Shown piece by piece: positions 53,496 through 64,000 of a DNA stretch of 64,000 nt. Numbering within the stretch: position 1 is the first letter of the stretch; every line of letters begins with the position of its first letter. Made by a program: the position numbers and the translations under genes. A model generated the notes under the pieces. It worked only from the letters and a program-made list of their open reading frames with translations. It was not told the origin of the DNA and searched no databases. Source of the stretch: Octopus bimaculoides (taxonomy: Eukaryota); contig NC_068995.1 of the NCBI RefSeq assembly GCF_001194135.2, forward strand, positions 35,241,428-35,305,427, given 5' to 3'.

Positions 53496-55759
53496 GACTG
53501 AAAGAGACAGACAGGCAGAGAGGAAGTTAAAAAGCAAGACAGAAATGAGAATTACAAAAGGACAAAGAATAATGTTTGACAAAGCTGCAGTAGTGTGGTC
53601 GAAGCGTATTTCTCAGCGATATCTATACACAGAAGAAAGACGGACAGGAGAAAATAGTCATACATTGAAACACATATGCATATATTATTCTGAAATGTAT
53701 TATATTATGTGTGTCTATATAAGTGCGTTTGTATGTAGTGTATTTTAAGACTAGAAAACCAATAAGATGAAAATGAGTAATATCAAGATCAGAAAGAAGA
53801 CTTATATTGAATAGTTTTAATTCAGAGAGAGAACAATTGTCTGTAAAACTAATGTTAGAAACAAGGTATAATCGATAATTAAAGAAAATGTTTCTTGAGA
53901 AGTAGATTGTCAAATATTTTTACTGTTTACATTGGAAAACATGAATCAATTAAAATAATATAGCATATGATATTTTGTCTTTGTCGGTATTTGTGACTGA
54001 AATCGTTTCCGCTACTTACAGCAATCCATTTAATAAACATATCCACGAACTGGAAGAGAGTAATATTACACCATCATATTTTCTACCCGCTTTGTTGAAC
54101 TATTTTGTATTTATACAAAATGCCGATATTAAATTTATTCGTGTGCGTTGAATAAGATGATGGTTTAGTGCTATTATAGGATATTGCACTGTATAAAAAA
54201 ATAACTTAAATAACAAAAGAATTGATAAACGAAGGACATGGCTGTTAGTTTTTAATTTTCATTTGCAGGAAATGTTTCACAAAAATAACAATAAATATCC
54301 AACTGAAATCACGCAGGCAGTTAATGCATTTTTAAACGCAAAAAGATTAATTTTCGTTGAATCTGCATTGAGAAAATCCACCTAAACATCTGGTCACTCT
54401 ACGTGTTCGAAAAGTGAAGCTATAAAGATTTATTATTTTGTGTCAGCCTTGGGGCAATTACATTTAAAAAGGTAATGGTAGTTTAAACGAATGGAGTATT
54501 AGACTTAATGAAGCGGCTGGCGTTGCTGATAGAGACTAATTGTAAAATCTAGGCCATAGTCGGATTTAATCTCAGAAGGCCAAAAACCGAAACCTTTGCA
54601 GCTACGCATTTGGAAAGATGTTCTTACAATTTAGCCAATCTAATGATCTATATTTGTATTTTATTATTGCCCGCAAAAAATGTCATACGAAGTTGACTTC
54701 TGTGAGATTTCAACGAAGAGAGAAGACAATGAAACCAAATTCTACGTGGCATTTTCTCCGTGGTTCTAATGGATTTGTCGAATCACCGCCTCACACACGA
54801 CTATGATTGTTTATGATATATATAAACACGTAAGCTACCGAATAATTCAGAGAAAATTTAGTACTGTTTAACTGAAACTTTTTCAGACAATGTGAAAATA
54901 ACACACACACACATACACGCGTACTCGCATATGCACACCCACACACGAGCAGCCCCCTGTATGGATATGTGTGCGTACTTGCATACAGAAATTTATACAT
55001 ATATATATAATATATAATTATGCAATTACATATACATATATACATATATATATACACATATGTATGTGTATGAATATGTGTGTTTGTGTTTGTGTATGTG
55101 TGTGTGTGCGCGCGTGCGTGCGTATGTGTGCACTGACATAGGAGAGAGATGGATAGGTAATATGTGATAACATAGGATCCTATAATCATCTAATCAAGTA
55201 GACAATCAGTGATCGCTACCTTGCAAATTTCCATCTTGAAAGACGGTGAAATAATGATGTTCAGATTTTAAATCGTCAATTCAATTACTGTTCTGTATTT
55301 CAGGCTGGTGGCAGAGATGTTCTTTTATCTACTGTGAGCTGGTTATACATAAAAAAAAAACAATGACAGATGCAGTTTGATTTTCATACCACTACCACTT
55401 ATTTCAGTGACATTTATTTGCTGCAAACGAGTTTCAAAATACAGGTATGAAAGAAACAGTTTGTTCATTGATAATACAATAGTAAGAAATTATTTACCAG
55501 TGTGAGTATTTATGCTAGAATCCTAAATCATCTTAGTTATGTTGATGAGCATATTTCTCATAAAAAAACAGAATGCAGTGCCATTTTATGATACATGATC
55601 GGTAACGCAAAGAGAATTCTTTCTAGAGAAACAATACCTGAAATTTTGAGGCAGGGGCTAGACAATCATCGCCCCCCCCAATCCCGCTTAACCCTAACTC
55701 TAACCATCAATGTTCACTCTTGTTGACCAGGTTTAACACGTATGAACATTTTCCAAAAT

Positions 55760-56200
55760 TTGCTCTCGAATCTTCATGATCCCCGTTTTTGGCATCGAAT
55801 TGTAAGTGGGGACGAAAACTGAATCTATTTTCATTATCCTAATAAGAATTCAGTTGCTACGTTCCGGAAAGGCTTCATAACCTCTCGTCTGAAAGGGTAG
55901 TTTGAATTTCCAGAGGGTGTTGCACTTTGAAATTTTCTCAGTTGGTCATATTGTTAACACTAATCTTTATGCTCAGCGAGTATATGATGCTTTGAGAACC
56001 TGCTACACGTCAATCGAAGACACGCACAGCATAATACAATCCAGACATTGTATCATCACATTACATTTTCCAAGCCATGGCTCATTTCTTGCATGGAGGA
56101 AGGTTCGACAATGTGGATGACACTGAAAACGATTGAGCCTGAAAGAGGATTTTTCCTTCCAAATCAGCCAAATGGTATAAGTGAAAATGATTTTCTGAAA
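55760..56200 (+). mobile_element. Decayed, internally deleted mariner catalytic fragment
   Basis: FWHRIVSGDEN*IYF..GVLHFE..VNTNLYAQ..AHFLHGRRFDNVDD..SAKWY. Confidence 0.75.
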
Positions 56201-57949
56201 CAACGATGACAACAGACAACAGCATATGCTTTGGTTTATAAATTTAAATGTCCACGTCTGCATTCCTACTACAGTGAGAAGTCCTATTAGATTTTGAAAT
56301 CATTTGAAGCATATATACAGTAGATACGCTATTTGGACCCATCTTATTTGATGAAATGGTCAGTCTGTCAACTTTTATTGAAGTATAATTAGGATTAGGC
56401 ATTTGTTTTAGCTTTTAAAATATTTTATGGACAATTCGAATGCAAATTTCATGTGCGAGCATCACAATCTTTAGTTCCATAAAGGATCTCATTCCTGTAA
56501 TTTTGTGGTATTTTTAATTCGTTGTAGTATGTTTATAATAAGGATGGGGTGTTTGGGAGTTATCTACATATATCTTTGCGAAGCTGTAAGGCTTTGAAGT
56601 TAAAGAAAAAAGCAATTTCCTGGGGAGAAACATCCATTGGACCAAAATACATTCGTTTCCCTCTATCCATACTCTTCTATGTAGGCGTAGCCTAAAAGTT
56701 GAAACTTAACATGAACATCAACCATTTTTATAACATCAATCACCAAATGTTATGAACATTTCTAATTCACTTTTGGAATTTTAATTGAAAAATGAATGAA
56801 CATTTAAAATACATATACATATATGTATGCAAAATCCTGCGCGACAACCTTGGAACTTACACTAGAGAATTACCCGACGGGCCTGCTATACTAAATCACA
56901 CGAACCGTAATACTAAACGTATACTGTCCTGAATACATGAGCGTTTGTGCTCGTAATTTGATTTCCATGCGACGTAAAAACATGCCAACGTACACATAAG
57001 ATACTAGGTAAACCCCCACCACGGTATGATATGTGCAATGTATTATTTGTAATACGTCTGATATTATACTTTACAGGTTAGGTTAGCGCGCCTCTGTACT
57101 CTGTATCACACTAACTCATATAGCTAAGCAATATATTCCTAGACTACCTATACAAGTTATACTTACTAGCAATCAATATAATTCCATATTATCCAATATG
57201 ATATCGATATTATTGCAGAATGTTAAGACAATTTTATGTACAATCCCTGCAAAGTGCCATATGTATTATATTTTACATTATTGGTTGTATGTTATCGTAA
57301 CCCTGATTTTTGTATCCCATTAACTCATTTAGCCAGACAATACGGTTCTAGGCTACCGATACGAGTTTTAATAACGAAAGATCCATATAACTTCTTATAA
57401 TCCAATATGTTATAGAGATTATTGTTGAATTTTATTGAGACAATTGTACCTACGATCCTTGCAATTCAACCTTATAAAAAAACGTATTGTGATTATTGTA
57501 TGTTTATATATGTAACCATGCGAATAAGTCTATTTAATTCCAGATTTATACGATATGCATAGTGATTATCATATGTTCATATATGTGACCATCCAAGTGA
57601 GTCTTTGTGTAGCCGACGTAAATTGATACGCACCTAAAGCTATAGATATAGGAACGTATATATATATTCGTGCTTTGGCGTGGATTAAATATATAAATAC
57701 ACCGTTTAAGGTGTGAATAGACACCGACAATGTAGACATTTGCAAGGGGCCCCATGTATAAATAGGTATACAGATACACAGCCAGAAATGCACATGCATG
57801 TGTCTGTTTGCATGTGTAGACACTTATATACAGGGGCCCTGTATGTGAAGGAGAGAGTGTTGAAAGGTGATATGCGAGGATTTTCGTTTATGTGTTCTGT
57901 TAATTGCGTTCCGGAGTGAGAATTCAGGTGCGTGTGTGTGGAGGAGTGC

Positions 57950-58480
57950 TTTATTGTTGTGTGTGTCTGTGGGGCGGTGTGGGCTCGGGGAGGTGTTTAT
58001 TCCTTTTCTTCTTTTTTAGCCACTTCTTCCTGTTCTTGTTCTATTGTGGGGTTGTTTTGCCTTTTTTGCGATCGTGTTTGTGTGGGGTTTTGTTTCTTGG
58101 TGTTATCCTTTGGGCGCTTACGCTTTTTTTACGAGACGGGGTTTGTTGGTGGTATTGAGTTTATATTGTTCCCTTCGGGCTTTGCTAAACTTTTATCTTT
58201 TTCTAGGTTTGCCTGGTTAATCATTAGGTTTTCTTGGTTTATAGTTGCAACCGAGGTGAAACCGCGTCGGTTTGGTTTGCTTAATTCATTTTCTTTATCA
58301 GTTAATTCTTTTTCGTTATTGCATATTGGGGTGTCCAATGTAGAATTTGTCGTATATTTCTGTTTTTTTTTCTTGGTTCACTTCCTCCTGTTCGTGACAG
58401 GGAAGTGCTGGGAACATTTCTTGGTACATCTCGTTTAGCCTGTTGATATTGGAGGCGTTCTCTGTGTTTTGGCTGGACGC
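57950..58480 (-). other. Low-complexity K/N/E-rich open frame, possible LINE ORF1 remnant
   Basis: Long nearly open minus-strand frame including ORF 58129..58338; A-rich sense strand; no diagnostic motif. Confidence 0.25.
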
Positions 58481-58848
58481 CATAACTTCAAAAATGTGTA
58501 AATAAATTACACAAAAAGAAATTAAAAAAAAAACTAATTCGTCCTTTAAAGAGGAATTTCTAAACTAGATACTTCCCCTGCTAAGCAGGCTCAGAATCAA
58601 TAACACAAAATTAACTATAAAATAACACAATTTAGATAAAAAAAAAAAAATATCAGAACTCACGAGAAGAAAATCACACGGTTGTTCGATGGAAATTGTC
58701 GAGAGGTAACTCAAAAATTAACAATACTGTCACATGGAACATCGCTACTCGAGCGGTGATGTCCCATGTGGCAAGCTTGACAATTGATTTAGGGATCTGT
58801 GTTAACATGAATCTAATGGTACGCTTTACCTAGCAATATATATATGTG

Positions 58849-58908
<60 letters not shown>

Positions 58909-58995
58909 TGTGTGTTTGTGCCTACCTGCTAGAAATAGGAGCTAAAACCCTCATATAAACCACGAATAACACTGAAAAATTCAACAGAAAAACAA

Positions 58996-60229
58996 CCGTA
59001 AGCGGTGGATAAACTGTCGCCTAAATTACACAAAAATGAAAATAACATTGACATCTCATTTTAACAGATATATTTACCAGAATTACATAAAAATATCTTC
59101 AAGTACTAGAGAGTAAATTTATTTAATAAAATCACCATTGGCATCAACCACGGCCTCCAGGCGACTTCGGAATCTCTTGCTACTCTTCAGGACGGTCCTC
59201 TTGTTTAGGTTGGTGAATGTTGCTATAATGCTTACCTTCAGTTCATCTTTCTGATACAAGGTGTTTTCTTGGTCTCTCGCTCAACTGCACCCCACATATA
59301 ACAATCAAGGAGGTTGCAGTCTGGGGAGTTAGGTGGCCAGATTTTAGGGGTGATGTGGTCGCAGAAATTGTTTGACAGCCATGACTGGGTTCTGCTGCTT
59401 GTGTGGCATGGTGCAGAGTCCTGTTGCCAGACATAGGGTCTTCCAGCAGCCAACCTCTTCACCCAGGGTAGCAAACCTCTTTCAGGCACTTGATGTAGAC
59501 CTTCGTATTGAGTATGAGGCCATGTGTGGAAGAGGGTAGATGAATGAAAGCATAACGCCGCCGTCACTAGTGATCACTCCAAACACCAGGATGTTGACTG
59601 GATGTTTGATTTTTATCAGTCTCGATACGCTTCGGGGAGACGGCAAGCCAACGGTTGTTCTATGTGTTCACCATTTGAGCCTGACAGAAAATATTCTCGT
59701 CTGAGAAAAACCAAAGAAAGTTTGGTTGTAGGTGATGCTTGAGTTTGTTGAAAAGCTTCGTAACGTGGTCTTTCCTCTTGTCCTTGATGGCTGGGAATAA
59801 AAATTGGCTCTTTGTCATCTTGTATGAGGAATACCGAATGTTTCCATTCACTACTTTCCCGATAAGAAGCTCGCATACTCCCATTACCTGCGATGGACCT
59901 AATATACTTGGAGGTATCTTTGTTAATCCTGGTCTGGTTCTCACCAAAAAAAACGCAAGAATTCTTTTCATACCAGAACGATCGGAGTGCGTTTTCCGAG
60001 CTGCCGTACCTTCGTAATCACAATTAGATTAATCCAACCGTTACCGAATCCTCTGTACTGTCCTCAGATTGACCAAATTTCTGGCGGAGTGAATTGAATT
60101 GCGTCATGGTGCCGTTTTGTCTCACAGACGGTGCCCAACTGGCCCTACTATACTGTGTAGTCGGGAAATTCAAAAACTATGTGGATGCTTGAAATCAAAA
60201 ATATAAAATGGCGACAATTTACGCATCAC

Positions 60230-60237
<8 letters not shown>
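58996..60237 (-). mobile_element. DD37D (maT-type) Tc1/mariner element, near full length, decayed
   Basis: FFSDE..; WQQD(37 aa)D via SAPCHTS..WPPNSPDCNLLD; end motifs taaactgtcgcc (~59010) and ggcgacaattta (~60215) are inverted; (TA)n at right end. Confidence 0.85.
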
Positions 60238-60260
<23 letters not shown>

Positions 60261-61159
60261 TCTAATATGTATATACGTGTGCCTGAAGACAGGTAGCTAT
60301 TTATATACACTTATGTCGCGCGTGTGTGTGTGTATGTGTGTGTGTGTGTGTGTGTCTGTGTGTGTGTATGTGTGTGTGTGAGTGTGTTGTGTGTGTGTGA
60401 TTGTGGTGTGTGCATCTTCATATTTGTATCTATACTACTCATTTACAGAACTTAAATAACTGTCCTTTAAATGTGCTGCAATATTTGGAATATTCGAAGT
60501 CATAACAATATATTATCAAAAATACAACTGACATGATTCGATGACGAGTTTCGTAGTTTATTTACTTATCTATTGTTGTTCTGTTTCTATTCATCAACTC
60601 AATAGATACAGACTGGAAAATTGGTTTCAAAATTATACAAAATACATTAACAGTCTAGATAGCTTTTGAGCTGAGATGGGGTACTATCAATGTCTAATAT
60701 AATATTATGGATAAGAAAAACCAGACGCATCTGGTTGTTCTTTTATGCGATGTCATTTGAAGCAATCCACATATCATTTATTAGATATTTATTGTGTTAG
60801 GAATTATTACACGCTATTATTTCAAACCATAAATACATTAGATAGTTCTCCAATGCATTTGTAGACTAGACGCTACATTTGTAAACAGATATATGTATTC
60901 ATCGTTTGCTTATGTAAGAATATAAGCATGCAAATATTAAACTTCCTAAGCACTAATAGATTTTGAGAGGTGCATAATTCTTGTTTCATTAAGCTAAATT
61001 GGACATCACTCAGTCTCAGGAATTATACCCCTGCGAACCAGATTAACGTTCTAATAAACTGGATAACTTCTTGCAATAGACAATAAATACATCGAAACTC
61101 TACTGTTTCGCAATTAATACTACCCCATACACACATGAACGTATCATCTACATATATAT

Positions 61160-61525
61160 GCTTACGACGACGAGGGTTCCATTTGATCCGATCAACAGAA
61201 CAGCTTGCTCATGAAATTAAGGTGCAAGTGGCTGAGCACTCCACAGACACGTGTACCCTTAACGTAGTTCTCAGGGATATTCAGCGTGACACAATGTGAC
61301 AAGGCAGGCCCTTTGAATTACAGGCACAACAGAAACAGGAAGTAAGAGTGAGAGAAAGTTGTGGTGGAAGAGTACAGCAGGGTTCGCCACCATCCCCTGC
61401 CGGAGCCTTGTGGAGCTTTTAGGTGTTTTCGCTGAATAAACACTCACAACGCCCGGTCTGGGAATGGAAACCGCGATCCTATGACCGTGAGTCCGCTGAC
61501 CTAACCACTGGGCCATTGTGCCTCC
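61160..61525 (-). mobile_element. tRNA-derived SINE family A, near full length
   Basis: Co-linear with 37586-37972. Confidence 0.92.
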
Positions 61526-62029
61526 TCATATATATGCATATATANNNNNNNNNNNNNNNNNNNNNNNNNNNNNNNNNNNNNNNNNNNNNNNNNNNNNNNN
61601 NNNNNNNNNNNNNNNNNNNNNNNNNNNNNNNNNNNNNNNNNNNNNNNNNNNNNNNNNNNNNNNNNNNNNNNNNNNNNNNNNNNNNNNNNNNNNNNNNNNN
61701 NNNNNNNNNNNNNNNNNNNNNNNNNNNNNNNNNNNNNNNNNNNNNNNNNNNNNNNNNNNNNNNNNNNNNNNNNNNNNNNNNNNNNNNNNNNNNNNNNNNN
61801 NNNNNNNNNNNNNNNNNNNNNNNNNNNNNNNNNNNNNNNNNNNNNNNNNNNNNNNNNNNNNNNNNNNNNNNNNNNNNNNNNNNNNNNNNNNNNNNNNNNN
61901 NNNNNNNNNNNNNNNNNNNNNNNNNNNNNNNNNNTATATAGATGCACAGACACATCACACATCCACACAGGCAAAAACACACCCACACTCATACACACAC
62001 TTATGTATATAGATGCGCGGTTGACCAAG

Positions 62030-63050
62030 ATATTCTAAATGTGACCAAATGAGGCTTTTCAACGTAGTCCATATTGTGGTCCACACAGGTCTTCCATCGT
62101 TTCTGCGCTACGTACACCACATTGTTGAAGAAACTTTCATTTTGTTGGTCAAGATCGTCATCGACAGCGGATATGACGTCATCATCACTTCCATACTGGT
62201 TCCCAGCCAAGTGTTTCTTCATGATTTGTAACAGATAATAGTCGGACGGGGCCAAATAAACAGAACAGAAAGGATGATCAGTTCAAAGCCCCAGTGACCC
62301 ACAGCAATCATTGGAACTAAGGACCTGTGTGCTGGAATATTGTCTTGAGCAAGAGCCTTTTCGTCAGTTTCAACGACCGTTCGGCCTTGATAGCCTTTCG
62401 AAACTACCTCAGCACGCTAGCTCCTTTGATAGTGGGTCTCTTAGATGCCTTTTGCACCTCTCAAGGCTGAGGAAATCACCTTAGCTGCTGCTGAAACGGC
62501 CTTGGCCTTCTTTGGAGCAGGTGTTGCGTTTTTTTTCCACTGCTGCATGAGCTATCTCTTTGTCTCTGCTTCAAAGTGTTGAACACAATATTCATCCTAG
62601 CTTAGGAAATGTTCAAGCAAAGCAGCTGAATCTGCCTCAAGCAATGTCAAATTTTTCCATGAAGTGACCAGCTTGGTGCGATTTTAATGAAGAGTTAGAA
62701 GTGGCACCCACCGAGCAGCTAAGTTCATTGAACAGAATATTCTCCACTCTCACATGGGATATGCTAATAGCATTGGCTGTTTGATTCAGAGTCAAATGCT
62801 TGCCGTCTATCAGCATATGGTAAACACGAGCAACGTTTTACTCAGTGGAGTCAGTTGCAGGACGTCCAGACCTTTGGTCAGCTTGAAGACTTTCCCTTCC
62901 TCCCCTAATTTTCAGCTGCCCACTTTTCCACTGTTGATAAAGCTGGAGCGTCATTCACTAATGTAGCAACCATGTCAGCATGGATATCTGTGGTGGGGGC
63001 ACAAAACTCTTATTCTACACATACTTGATAACACCATCATGCCAAATGGT
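62030..63050 (-). mobile_element. Near full-length decayed mariner transposase
   Basis: STVEKWAAE..QRSGRPAT..LSARWVP..*DE..QHFEAETK..PAPKKAK..APSDYYLLQIMKKHLAG..KRWKTCVDHNMDYVEK. Confidence 0.88.
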
Positions 63051-63225
63051 GTCCATTTTCAAAAGAAATCGCTACAAGTTACCTATGATTTTTTCTTTGA
63101 AATGGCAGATGTCAGTTTATCTAGAAAGAAACGAGGCAGCTATTAATAGGTATAGTCGAATTAATACATGCAAGATTTCACGTTTCTAGCATCTCTTCTT
63201 CATATCCAGCGTATAAACTTTTCAA

Positions 63226-63269
<44 letters not shown>

Positions 63270-63386
63270 NNNNNNNNNNNNNNNNNNNNNNNNNNNNNNN
63301 NNNNNNNNNNNNNNNNNNNNNNNNNNNNNNNNNNNNNNNNGAGAGAGAGAGAGAGAGAGAGAGTGTGTGTGTGTGTGTGTGTGTGG

Positions 63387-63449
<63 letters not shown>

Positions 63450-64000
63450 CTCATTCTATATTGTTCGTAAACTTATACACATAGCAGAACACATAACAAT
63501 ACCCAAGTCTACAACAACCAACAGTTTTTTTTCTACATAAAATACAAAAGGAACGCTATATTTTACTACATAACTGGATAATTGTACTTTATAGCTAGAG
63601 GTCCACATTTGGGGTCATAAATAGTTACACATTAAAATTATAATATAGTACAAAATCTTACATCGGTTGGTAGTTATTTGGAAATGTTTTGTATTTTCCA
63701 GTTCAAGACGAATATAATGAAAGCATGATCATATCGTTGTGTGCAACAGTTACTGCGCTTTAACAGCTTTAATATTTAAGTTCTTCTTCCAACTTCCAAA
63801 TAAATTCAAATTATAAGAACAATCAATGTTTTCATGGAAGGGTGTGGGGAAATAATACCAAACTAATTTTAATGCTGTGGTTCCAGTCATTAAAAAAAAT
63901 GACTACAAGCGCAAAGGAGTTGACACAAGTCTATAAATTGCTTAAATTACTCAAAGTTTGTAAATGACTTTTCACAAAAATAATTACTGCTAACTACTAG

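Noticed and set aside
57932-58438. 168-aa hydrophobic plus-strand ORF resembling a membrane protein
   Set aside because: It is the T-rich antisense of an A-rich low-complexity stretch; hydrophobicity follows from base composition.

Overview
This is a 64 kb AT-rich eukaryotic window, repeat-dominated and apparently intronic or intergenic, with many N-gaps bounded by microsatellites (short-read scaffold). The tRNA-derived SINE families and microsatellite load resemble those I recognise from Octopus; that assignment is an inference. No host gene can be confidently called, and most listed ORFs are microsatellite or gap artefacts. The window contains: (i) a nest of R4/Dong-type restriction-like-endonuclease (RLE) non-LTR retrotransposon pieces in TAA repeats at 12.5-17.3 kb, plus further fragments at 28.8-29.6 and 33.2-35.3 kb; (ii) a 5'-truncated RTE LINE with three C-terminal C2H2-like fingers; (iii) several Penelope-like (RT/GIY-YIG) fragments, one next to a fold-back repeat carrying a hammerhead-ribozyme core; (iv) five decayed mariner elements, one with two inverted left ends, and a DD37D (maT) element; (v) a hAT-like transposase fragment; (vi) four SINE families; (vii) several palindromic or inverted-repeat elements. 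All family assignments come from motif recognition by eye, not database searches.
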